Positions 35,918 through 44,958 of a DNA stretch of 64,000 bases are shown piece after piece; the stretch's first letter is position 1, and each line of letters begins with the position of its first letter. The DNA lies in contig CACYHR010000007.1 in NCBI GenBank assembly GCA_902774265.1, forward strand, positions 6,141-70,140, written 5' to 3'. Under the pieces are notes generated by a model. That model was not told the origin of the DNA. It saw nothing but the letters and a program-made list of their open reading frames with translations, and did no database searches. The position numbers and the translations under genes were made by a program. The stretch is from an uncultured Eubacteriales bacterium (GTDB lineage Bacteria; Bacillota; Clostridia; Peptostreptococcales; Anaerovoracaceae).

Positions 35918-38805
35918 GACAGTTCGAAGAATTCATTCACCCTGTTTTTTCCGTCCATCATGCCGTTATACTGTACTCTGGAATATTCATCTATCTTTTC
36001 GGTATATTGTGTTTCCTCATCCGAATCATAGATATTTCCGTCATTATCCTTGTAATCAATTGCATTCACGACCGGCAGTTCCGACCTCAAATCGAGAAGG
36101 TACTTGTCAAACCCGGTCAACGGCATTCCCAGTACGGATTTCATATACGGACTGATATAGTTAGCGCTTAACTCAAAATCCTGTTTCTCTTCGATGTCAT
36201 AATTAGCCCATATCATGAACGGAACCTGATGCGTCAGATCTGCCCATTCCAGATCGCTGATACCCTTATGGCTGTTTTTCATGTTTTCCAGGAATATTTC
36301 ATCCGATCTCGGCTGATGATCTCCGAAGAACACGATGACAGTCTCTTCATCCACATTGCTGAAATAGTCAATCAGATCCTCAAGAGCTTCATCGCTGTAC
36401 TTTATCAGATTGACGAACTGCAGCTCAGTCTCATCTCCCATGTCTGATTCATCTATAGTTATACCTTTATTCACGACACCTTGCTTAATACTATAGGCGC
36501 CATGATTCTGTATAGTCACATTGAACAGGAAGAACGGCGCATCCTTTTCGGATTTGCGGTATTTTTCATATTCTTCTTCAACTATATCATAATCATGCTC
36601 ATCAGACAGATAATCTCGTATATTTCTCGGTTCTTTAACATCGTCAATCGACATGTGTTTGCTGAATCCGAGCAGAGGATAAACTACATTTCTGTTGTAT
36701 GAATTGATCATTCCCGGATGGAAAGCAATTCCTCCGCCGTATCCGAGATCCGAAAGATAGTACGCAAGCGACGGTATCTCGGATCTGATTACGCTGCGGT
36801 AAGGAACCGACATGTACGGCAGAAATCTGACCGAAAAACCTGTAAGCGATTCAAATTCGGAGTTTGCGGTAGATCCTCCGTATATCGATGAATCCATCGT
36901 TCCCTTGATCGCATTATCCTTAATACTGCGGTAAAACGGCATCCAGTCCTTATTGGATCTTATTTCTCCGAGAACAGAAAGATCTGCAAAGGATTCGTTC
37001 ATTATAAAAATGATATTAGGCGTTTTGCCGCTCACCTCTTCGGCTTTGACTGCCTTGTCTGACGGATACTTCCGTGCAAGTTCCGTGATTTCATCAGGTG
37101 AATAGCCTTCCGGTTTGGATACTATGGAGTTCTTTACCGTTACGGCAAATGAAAGGGCGCATCCGTTTTCCGTATAGGAGTCTTTCGGCTTGAAGCCCGA
37201 TACCCTTATTTCATGAGCCGGCAGGATATCAGAAGTAAACACTACATAGCGGACGGTCATCGTCCATATCACAAGTATCACCAGCGGAACCAGTCTCTTC
37301 CTGAATTCCAGACCCTTATTCGGAGGCGGAGCCAGCGCCGCAGCGCAAAACATGCAGGTTACGAATACCGCTGTCAGAAATACCTTGCTGTATGTGAGCG
37401 AATATGTTCCTGCTACCTGCATTGCAGTTCCGGTCTGTGCGAAATCTGTTGCTATAAGAGGCGTATCCCTGAACTGCAGCAGAGCATAGTTTACCAGGCC
37501 GAATATCGAACCGGTAAGCGCAGTCAGCAGCGCAGTGAGACGGGTATTGTTGCTCACAGTAAATATGGCCCACCAGATCAGTCCTATTATTAACAGATTC
37601 AGTATGCCGAGCAAAGAAAACAGCTCTATGACGAATGAGCCCGTCTCGGTCTCCAGATATTTTTCTATTATGTAATACGTAACCAGCGGCGCAGCAGCAA
37701 AAATCACCAGTGCTGCTGTCCTCGCAGGCTTATACTTCGGATACTTCTTATCAAGCTCCTCAAACGGCAGCAGTACGAAAAAGATCGTAAGCAGCAGAAC
37801 AATGCCGATAAAAACCAGAGTCCCTGTCTCATATGACAGTTTCTGATATTCCATTTCAAAAACTTTATCCTGCTCTATTTCCCCATCCGTCTCAGCGGCA
37901 AACAAACCGCGCTTTGCTCTCATCAGCGGATCATTCAGCAGCACCAGACTTATCGGACCGTCACCGTCAACGTCTATACTCTCCAGCACGATAGTATATA
38001 CCTGTCCTTTGACGACAGGAGTTGATGCATTTTTGTATGATCTTTCACTTGTTGATACTATGCGGTTCTGATTTGCATCCTCTGAGCTCTGACCCAGCAC
38101 AAACTGGGTCTTTTTGTTTATATTGATCTGAGATGCATCCAGACTCGTGCTTGATATCCTCTTGCCGTTGCTGTCCTCCAGCGACACTCTAACCTTTCCT
38201 GTTGCTGAACTTGCCTTTGGATTGCGTATCCTGATAAAGATATTACCTATTGCTCCGGACTCTGCAACAAAGGACTGTCTCATAGTATGATTGCCTTTGA
38301 TCGGGTATTTGACCTTCTGAGTCAGCAATGTCTTATCAAACAGATTGATTTTTTCTCTGCTGCGAAGATTGTCTTTGTTTACAAACAGAAAAATCACTGA
38401 AGACAAAATCAGCAGTACGATCAGCACCTGTCTTATCAGCTTAATGCGCTGTTCTCCGGTACGCTTTCCGAAATCTCCGCGTTTCCATGCGACATTTGTT
38501 ATTGTGTCTTTTTCTGCAGATGATTCCTTTTGAGTTGTCACCGGAGTCTGCTTCCGGCCTGTCTTCTGACCTGTCTCCTTATCCCGGATCGTCTCCTGAC
38601 TTGCCTCAGGATTTGTTTCCGGACTCTCACTCCGGATTCTCTCCAGTACCTGTTCCAGCTCTTCCTGAAGCTTTTCCTCTGCAGGATCCGGCTGTTCTTC
38701 CTGCTTTGCTGTGTTCTGCGCTGCTTTATTCTTCGCCTTCTTCTGAAGTTCTTTATTTTGATTTTTATTCTGTGTTTTTTTCTTTTTCCTTTTTTTCTTA
38801 CTCAT
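35911..38805 (-). CDS. LtaS-family (sulfatase-fold) phosphoglycerol transferase with an extra ~330-aa N-terminal module
   Basis: C-terminal catalytic domain with IIFIMNESFADLS, GGSTANSEFESLTG and IVFFGDHQP. Five TM precede it. The N-terminus has a Lys/Glu-rich tail, one TM and a ~190-aa extracytoplasmic domain that is not part of canonical LtaS. Confidence 0.85.
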   Translation of the reverse strand: MSKKKRKKKKTQNKNQNKELQKKAKNKAAQNTAKQEEQPDPAEEKLQEELEQVLERIRSESPETNPEASQETIRDKETGQKTGRKQTPVTTQKESSAEKDTITNVAWKRGDFGKRTGEQRIKLIRQVLIVLLILSSVIFLFVNKDNLRSREKINLFDKTLLTQKVKYPIKGNHTMRQSFVAESGAIGNIFIRIRNPKASSATGKVRVSLEDSNGKRISSTSLDASQININKKTQFVLGQSSEDANQNRIVSTSERSYKNASTPVVKGQVYTIVLESIDVDGDGPISLVLLNDPLMRAKRGLFAAETDGEIEQDKVFEMEYQKLSYETGTLVFIGIVLLLTIFFVLLPFEELDKKYPKYKPARTAALVIFAAAPLVTYYIIEKYLETETGSFVIELFSLLGILNLLIIGLIWWAIFTVSNNTRLTALLTALTGSIFGLVNYALLQFRDTPLIATDFAQTGTAMQVAGTYSLTYSKVFLTAVFVTCMFCAAALAPPPNKGLEFRKRLVPLVILVIWTMTVRYVVFTSDILPAHEIRVSGFKPKDSYTENGCALSFAVTVKNSIVSKPEGYSPDEITELARKYPSDKAVKAEEVSGKTPNIIFIMNESFADLSVLGEIRSNKDWMPFYRSIKDNAIKGTMDSSIYGGSTANSEFESLTGFSVRFLPYMSVPYRSVIRSEIPSLAYYLSDLGYGGGIAFHPGMINSYNRNVVYPLLGFSKHMSIDDVKEPRNIRDYLSDEHDYDIVEEEYEKYRKSEKDAPFFLFNVTIQNHGAYSIKQGVVNKGITIDESDMGDETELQFVNLIKYSDEALEDLIDYFSNVDEETVIVFFGDHQPRSDEIFLENMKNSHKGISDLEWADLTHQVPFMIWANYDIEEKQDFELSANYISPYMKSVLGMPLTGFDKYLLDLRSELPVVNAIDYKDNDGNIYDSDEETQYTEKIDEYSRVQYNGMMDGKNRVNEFFELSK

Positions 38806-38846
38806 ACAATATTTTTCATTCTTCTCACTTTACAAAAATCCGATTG

Positions 38847-38855
38847 ATTATATCA
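38847..38855 (-). promoter_or_regulatory. Candidate extended -10 (TGaTATAAT) internal promoter upstream of the LtaS-family gene
   Basis: The minus strand reads gtgatataat 42 nt upstream of the ATG at 38805. There is no clear -35, and the context is AT-rich. Confidence 0.3.
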
Positions 38856-38901
38856 CTAAGCTCTCATAAATGCTCATTATTTCTACAAAAAAAGAAGAAA
38901 A

Positions 38902-40164
38902 TCATCTGATAACGGCATGCACAGCTCTTTCTGATGCGTGTCCGTCGTCAAGATATGTAAATCTGTTATTAAATTCAAAAATCCGTTTCTGCCACTCATC
39001 ACTGCGGAACCATGTGTCAGATATTCTGATCAGCTCTGTCAGTTCCTCCTGATTCACCGCGACCGGACCCGGCAGTTCTTCAAGACCCAAATAAAGGCCT
39101 CTCAGGCTGTCTCTGTAGTATTCCAGATCATACATATAAAAGATTACCGGTCTTCTAAGCACGGAATAATCAAAGAAGACGCTCGAATAGTCTGTCATCA
39201 GCATGTCAGCTGCTATATACAGTTCGTTGATCTCCTGCCACCCGGATACATCTATAATAAATCCGCTGTATCGGTCCCGCTTTTCCTTATCCCGGATAAA
39301 ATAATGGGTTCTGAACAGTATCACATACTCGTTGCCGAGATCTTCTCTCAGTTTTTCCATATCGAGAGGCTCTCTGTAGCCATACTCTCCCACATCAGTC
39401 AGATTATCCTCCCTGTATGTAGGCGCATACAGTATAGCCTTCTTTCCCTCAGGAATCCCTATTCTCTCTCTGATCTCTTTTATCCGAGCCGGGCTGCAGT
39501 CCGCCAGAGAATCGTTTCTGGGATAGCCTGTCTCCAGTATCACATGCTCCAGGCCAAGCTCCTTCAGACCGAACGCGGAACTCAGTTTTTCACTGCAGTA
39601 TGCTGAAGGCGATATGAGGTGATCATATCTTCTGACATCGCTGAATATAGCCTTTTTCGTTTCTTCGGCTGATTCAGTTGCCTCAGTTGTAATATCAAGA
39701 CCCAGTTTTTTGAGCGGCGTGCCATGCCAGCACTGCGTATAGATCTGGCCTTTCCTTTTTCCGACTGCTGCAGGCAGTCTGGTGTTTGTGAACCAGTATC
39801 CCGCAGTTGCATATGTCCTGTAATAGTCCTCCGAGCCCCATCTTACCAGTTTTGTGCGGGGGTTATCCCCGACATACCTGAATTCGTCCATAACACTGTC
39901 CCTGAAACACCATACGAAGCTGTATGAGCTGTACTCATCACAGCCGAGAAGATATTCGTATATCGCCCGCGGGCTGTCAGTGTATTTGCGTCCTTTGAAA
40001 CACTCAAATACTATCAGTTTTTCATCTATCGGCATGCCGGAGAATTTATTATATCTGTGTTCTCTCTTGCGGCCGATCAGACTGTTTCCAAACCGTCCTA
40101 TCCATTTTCCCTGTTTTTCGGCATCTATAAGATATTTTTTAATGCTTTTTTTGAGCTGTCCCAT
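38902..40164 (-). CDS. CDP-glycerol glycerophosphotransferase family protein, TagB-like (short type)
   Basis: Motifs YTDSPRAIYEY, QCWHGTPLKKLGLD, LYAPTYRED and MTDYSSVFFDYSVLRRPVIFYMYDLEYY. Confidence 0.85.
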   Translation of the reverse strand: MGQLKKSIKKYLIDAEKQGKWIGRFGNSLIGRKREHRYNKFSGMPIDEKLIVFECFKGRKYTDSPRAIYEYLLGCDEYSSYSFVWCFRDSVMDEFRYVGDNPRTKLVRWGSEDYYRTYATAGYWFTNTRLPAAVGKRKGQIYTQCWHGTPLKKLGLDITTEATESAEETKKAIFSDVRRYDHLISPSAYCSEKLSSAFGLKELGLEHVILETGYPRNDSLADCSPARIKEIRERIGIPEGKKAILYAPTYREDNLTDVGEYGYREPLDMEKLREDLGNEYVILFRTHYFIRDKEKRDRYSGFIIDVSGWQEINELYIAADMLMTDYSSVFFDYSVLRRPVIFYMYDLEYYRDSLRGLYLGLEELPGPVAVNQEELTELIRISDTWFRSDEWQKRIFEFNNRFTYLDDGHASERAVHAVIR

Positions 40165-40167
40165 ATT

Positions 40168-43100
40168 TCACCGTCCGCAGCTCCGAAGGAATTCATATGT
40201 CCTCCGGCAGTTTTGCTTATCTCTGTATGCGTAGAAACGATCCAGCTTTCCGGCATATGCCGGCTGTATCCTGTATCCGTCGCTTATCACTCCCCCGACT
40301 GCTTCCAGCAGTTCATCCGTATCAGCAGCACATACCCCCGGGAGATCCTTCCTGAGATCTATATATGCTCCGTGTTCCTCCAGATATCTGTCCAGATCAA
40401 AGTGATAATAAATCACAGGCTTGTCCATGTAGAGCATATCCCAGCATACGCTTGAATAATCAGTGATCATCATGCTGCTTCGCATCATTATCTCATTCAG
40501 CGGCTCTGCACCAAACGGGACAAGCCGTATCCTGTCTGAGCTGTCAGCAGTGAAATCACTCAGATATCCTGCAAATTTCGGATGAAGATAGAATATCGCT
40601 GTAAGATCATTCTCTTCCAGCATTTCCGTGAACCTGCTGCTGCTTATAAGGCCCTGATAATGCCTGTAGTAATCGCTATTTCTGAATTCCTCATCTCCCG
40701 AATCCTCAAGCCACACCCTCCAGGTAGGCATTATAAGCAGAATTCGGTTCTGCCCGCTGCTCTTGTCTTCAAGCGCATCCCATCGTGTAAATCCGGTTAT
40801 CGGAACATTCTCCTCTTTGTAGCCGAAATTCTGTACTATAATATCTTTTTCGAGATCGGATGTCGCTGCAAAGTATTTCATCGGCCTCATTCCCTGACTG
40901 CCAAAAATATGATCCACTCTCTTCATTGCGGTTACCCCGTGCTGCAGGAAGAACACATCCTTTTTTTCTATCCTGCTGAATACAAGGCTCTGCTTTGTCC
41001 TCCAGGCATACAGATGCTGCACTGAATCTGTAGCTATATAAATGTTTGCCGCCATGGCATATACCATATGCCTTATGCTCATGAAAGGTATGACCGCCCG
41101 TCCGTAGCTGCTGACATATTGGTAATCTTCTGATTTCTTATCTATAACATAATAGTATTTATTTCTTTCGCTTTCCGGCAGACTCTTCCTGCAGTATTCA
41201 AAATAGCGCACTCCGTTGTCCTGTGCAGTCCTGCAGAATTTTTCATATATTATATGTATATCTTTTTTCCGGAGTTTTTTTCTGAGGACGAGGTATATAA
41301 GCATGGCTGCGATTTCTTTGATCCTTGTCATGCAGTTGTCGTAGCCGTTATCCTCTCTGCAGCACAGTTTCAGGCGGGCGCCGCTGCCTGTATACGGATA
41401 CAGTATCATTTTTTCGCCGAGGCGCGACTGCATATTTCCGAGTTTGAGCATGTATCTGATCCGGCGTTTTCTGACTCTGACTCTGAGCCTGAATTCCCTG
41501 CCGCCGGTCTCCGCCAGTACAAAACAATTCCATCTCAGCGGTACAAACTCAGCAGCGGAATAATCGACATCTGCGGTAACGGTGCAGCCCTCAGCACTGC
41601 CGGTGCAGACAGTATCAGCCTTAATTATCGTATTTTCGTCATTGTCCAGTGTAAAGATCACTGCTTTTATTTCATCTGCATCCCAGCCGCACATATCTAT
41701 TTTCACCCGGAAGCCATTTCTTCCGAATTTCAGTGAGTGCAGCATTCCGACATCAGAAGTATACGGTCTCTGTACCTGCAGATTCGGGAAAATGCGGTCA
41801 TTATCAAGCTTTTTAATTCTTTTCGCTGCTTTTTTTGATCCTGCAGCCGCAAGGATATCATCCTTCTTTGTGCGCGGTGGCGAGTCCGATGTAATGATAT
41901 AGTCAAAACGATCATTGAATTTATCATGCAGCATCTGCCCTATCCCGTCTTTGAACCATTTACGGTAGAGCAGTACGACAGAATCAGATATCTCCGCAAA
42001 CTGAGCTGTCGCTTCTATATCTGACAGATTTTTGAACCTCTCCGGCGAAATGACTCTGAGCTGTCTCCGGCTGTTCCTCGAATAATCCTCGATCTGCAGT
42101 TTTGATTCATCGCCCTCCAGAAAACATCTGAGCAGATTCTCCGTACAGTCCGGCGAATCATATTTTATGAGATCTCCGATCAGACTGTCTGAAGAGTAAT
42201 CATCGCAAAGGCTGCTGTCCGATGAAATGCAGCTGCAGAATTCCTCAACATCATATATCTGCCTGAACGGCAGATCTTTCACATCAAAATACATGCCTCG
42301 ATCCTTCATGTATTTTTCATAATCATACATAAACAGGACTATCGGCTTTGATGTAAGCGCATAATCAAAGAAAACGCTTGAATAATCCGTTATCAGTGCG
42401 TCAGTACAGTTCAGGAATTCATAATTGCTTATATCTGACGGAAACGCTCTGATATGATCATACTCATCAAATGATATACCGCCGGCAATTATAGGATGAA
42501 ATCCGACAAACATCAGCTGATCACTACGCATGCTGCGATCCAGCCTGCTGAAGATATTCCGTACCTCTTCAAAGTACGATTCATTTTCTATATCCCTGTT
42601 GCTTGTTCCTCTCCATGTCGGCATATAGGCATAGACCTTTTTATCGCTTATCCCCAGTCTGCTTCGAATGGCTTCGGCATTATCATGATCAAAGAAGACT
42701 TCATTACGCGGATAACCGCTCATCACTATGCGGCCGGTATACAATCTCTCAAGGTTATAGTCTCTCATAATCACCGATCTGGTGAATTCATTAGGGAACA
42801 TGATATGTGTAGCCTGCAGAAAATTATGCTGGACATTGTACATGGATTCGATGCCTTCCCGCATCTCCTTTCCCAGTGTCTTGAGAGGGGTCCCGTGCCA
42901 CGTCTGCAGGTACTTCTGTCCGGATCTGCGAACAAAAAAAGCAGGCAGCGAGGCATTGGATATGATATATTCTGCTGTTGCCAGTACTTTTGCGTATTCT
43001 TCGCTCCTTATATCGAGCAGCTCTGCTTTTATACCGGTATCGGCAGCCCGTCCGGCTTGTTCCTCTTTGTTGTTTACGGCAAAGAACATTCTGTATTTGC

Positions 43101-43293
43101 CCGGATACAGTCTTTCTATCTCTCCGGCACAAACCAAAGGAGAGTCACTTATGGTTTTACCATGAAATGACTCCAGCAGTATAGTATTCGGACAGATATC
43201 CGAGTGTTCGAGGTGATATCCGTAGCTGTATGTCAGATCCTCTGTCCTGTCGTGGATCTGTCTGATTGTTTTTTTAATCTTTTTTCTGATCAT
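40168..43293 (-). CDS. Fusion protein with two CDP-glycerol glycerophosphotransferase domains (TagB-like N-terminal half, TagF-like C-terminal half)
   Basis: N half: QTWHGTPLKTLGKE, YMPTWRG and ITDYSSVFFDYALTSKPIVLFMYDYEKY. C half: IYEKFCRTAQDNGVRYFEYC, FLQHGVTAMKRVD, LIMPTWRVW and ITDYSSVCWDMLYMDKPVIYYHFDLDRY. Confidence 0.85.
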   Translation of the reverse strand: MIRKKIKKTIRQIHDRTEDLTYSYGYHLEHSDICPNTILLESFHGKTISDSPLVCAGEIERLYPGKYRMFFAVNNKEEQAGRAADTGIKAELLDIRSEEYAKVLATAEYIISNASLPAFFVRRSGQKYLQTWHGTPLKTLGKEMREGIESMYNVQHNFLQATHIMFPNEFTRSVIMRDYNLERLYTGRIVMSGYPRNEVFFDHDNAEAIRSRLGISDKKVYAYMPTWRGTSNRDIENESYFEEVRNIFSRLDRSMRSDQLMFVGFHPIIAGGISFDEYDHIRAFPSDISNYEFLNCTDALITDYSSVFFDYALTSKPIVLFMYDYEKYMKDRGMYFDVKDLPFRQIYDVEEFCSCISSDSSLCDDYSSDSLIGDLIKYDSPDCTENLLRCFLEGDESKLQIEDYSRNSRRQLRVISPERFKNLSDIEATAQFAEISDSVVLLYRKWFKDGIGQMLHDKFNDRFDYIITSDSPPRTKKDDILAAAGSKKAAKRIKKLDNDRIFPNLQVQRPYTSDVGMLHSLKFGRNGFRVKIDMCGWDADEIKAVIFTLDNDENTIIKADTVCTGSAEGCTVTADVDYSAAEFVPLRWNCFVLAETGGREFRLRVRVRKRRIRYMLKLGNMQSRLGEKMILYPYTGSGARLKLCCREDNGYDNCMTRIKEIAAMLIYLVLRKKLRKKDIHIIYEKFCRTAQDNGVRYFEYCRKSLPESERNKYYYVIDKKSEDYQYVSSYGRAVIPFMSIRHMVYAMAANIYIATDSVQHLYAWRTKQSLVFSRIEKKDVFFLQHGVTAMKRVDHIFGSQGMRPMKYFAATSDLEKDIIVQNFGYKEENVPITGFTRWDALEDKSSGQNRILLIMPTWRVWLEDSGDEEFRNSDYYRHYQGLISSSRFTEMLEENDLTAIFYLHPKFAGYLSDFTADSSDRIRLVPFGAEPLNEIMMRSSMMITDYSSVCWDMLYMDKPVIYYHFDLDRYLEEHGAYIDLRKDLPGVCAADTDELLEAVGGVISDGYRIQPAYAGKLDRFYAYRDKQNCRRTYEFLRSCGR

Positions 43294-43299
43294 TTCGCA

Positions 43300-44133
43300 T
43301 CAGATACCGACATCTGAATTATCTTCACTGACATTGTCGTTCTCTTTTTCTGCGGAAAGGTTGTTCAGAAGATCATCTTCCGTTTTTTCCTTTTTCTTCT
43401 TTTTTCTGGATTTGCAGTTGACCTTAAAGTAATCCACAGCCTCTTGATACGGTCCGTCAAAGCATATCCTTCCCCTGTGCAGCACGATGCCTCTGTCGCA
43501 CAGCGCTCTGCCGACACTGATATTGCTTATGGTCATGAGCAGTGTATTGTTTTCGTCAAGCTTTTTTTGAAGACGCGATATGAATTTGAGGTCATATTTT
43601 GTACCGCCGAAACTGAATGCATCATCAAACAGCATTATATCAGGACGATTTTCGGTATTAAGCAGGAATCCGAGTCTTGCCGCCGCTCCCTTAGGATATA
43701 GTTTCACAGGCTGATCGATGATTTTTTCAAGTTTTGCAAACTCGATATAGCTTTGTTCTTTTTCACTTATTGTTTTTTCCGGCCACCCGAGAATAGTCCC
43801 CATAATATGCAGATTTTCCCGGCCTGACAACCCGTTATCGAATCCGAGCCTGTTATCCATAACTGAAGTCAGATCCCCGTTTATCCTGAACTTACCGCCA
43901 TCAGGCTTAATTGTACCGGAAAGTATTTCCATAAGCGTAGTCCTTCCCGATCCTACGACGCCCAGCAGTCCGACTTTTTCTCCCCTGTTTATTTCAAAAC
44001 TGACATCGCGGAGAACCTTGGCTGTTCTGCCCGTATTCATGCCCAGAATAAGATGCTGCAGTCTCTGATGATTGCTTTTGTAATATCTGTATGATTTTGA
44101 AATATTACTGACCGATATAACCGGATTTTCCAC
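43300..44133 (-). CDS. tagH: TagH/Wzt-like ABC transporter nucleotide-binding protein with substituted catalytic motifs
   Basis: ABC NBD layout adjacent to an ABC-2 permease. Walker A reads GVVGSGRT (Arg where Lys is expected), the signature position reads YPKGA, Walker B reads IMLFDD, and the H-loop position reads ISN. Lys/Glu/Asp-rich C-terminal tail. Confidence 0.75.
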   Translation of the reverse strand: MENPVISVSNISKSYRYYKSNHQRLQHLILGMNTGRTAKVLRDVSFEINRGEKVGLLGVVGSGRTTLMEILSGTIKPDGGKFRINGDLTSVMDNRLGFDNGLSGRENLHIMGTILGWPEKTISEKEQSYIEFAKLEKIIDQPVKLYPKGAAARLGFLLNTENRPDIMLFDDAFSFGGTKYDLKFISRLQKKLDENNTLLMTISNISVGRALCDRGIVLHRGRICFDGPYQEAVDYFKVNCKSRKKKKKEKTEDDLLNNLSAEKENDNVSEDNSDVGI

Positions 44134-44145
44134 AGGCAGTCCCTC

Positions 44146-44949
44146 CTAAATAATCTCCGCCATAATATTCTTCAGGCGTTTATAAAGCAAGACTGTTATT
44201 ATCAGCATCACCAGCATCACACATGCAAAATATTCAGTGTATATAGTCCTCTGCCAGAACCATTCATTAAAGGCAATAGCGCTTCTGTATCCTTCTATCA
44301 GATAAGTGATAGGATTGAGCAGAAAAATATGGCGGTGCCGCGGCCTGGAGTCAAAGAGAACACCGGACAACCAGAAAAACGCCGGTCTGATAGCTTTGAT
44401 AAAATCAAAAATGTCTGCGCTCACCACATTCAGCATTCCGAACATAAATGACCACAGATAATTGAACAGAATAAGCAGTATTGTTACCAGAGGGATCTGC
44501 ACCCAGTATATGCTTGGTCTTACTCCGAGTATGACTGCGATGCACAATACAAAGATGACCATGATCAGATGGATCAGAAGATTCGTCAATACCGGGATCA
44601 TAGGTATCACCGGTATGGGATATCCTGCTTTGATCACGAGTGCTTTATTCTGTTTGAAACAGACGGGACCTCCGCCTATAAGATCTGAAATAAAAAACCA
44701 TCCGGACATACCCGAGATAAGCCAGACAAAATACGGACAGTCGATTCCGTCGATATCCTTCGCACCCTTGAAACCCATGCTCATGGCAAAATAAAACATT
44801 ACCATGTACATCAGCGGTTTACAGAGCGACCAGAACCATCCGAGATCCGACGAAGAATTCTTTTTTTTGAGATACATCTTCGCGATCCTGAAAATGCGCG
44901 GAAACAGCCTGATATTACATTGTATTATTTCTCTGAACGCCTTAACCAT
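44146..44949 (-). CDS. tagG: ABC-2 type (TagG-like) glycopolymer export permease
   Basis: Six TM. The N-terminal RIFRIAKMYLKKKNSSSDLGWFWSLCKP aligns with the TagG N-terminus as remembered. I prefer the ATG at 44949 over the track TTG at 44970, which lies inside the promoter -10 region. Confidence 0.8.
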   Translation of the reverse strand: MVKAFREIIQCNIRLFPRIFRIAKMYLKKKNSSSDLGWFWSLCKPLMYMVMFYFAMSMGFKGAKDIDGIDCPYFVWLISGMSGWFFISDLIGGGPVCFKQNKALVIKAGYPIPVIPMIPVLTNLLIHLIMVIFVLCIAVILGVRPSIYWVQIPLVTILLILFNYLWSFMFGMLNVVSADIFDFIKAIRPAFFWLSGVLFDSRPRHRHIFLLNPITYLIEGYRSAIAFNEWFWQRTIYTEYFACVMLVMLIITVLLYKRLKNIMAEII

Positions 44950-44958
44950 AGTTACTGC

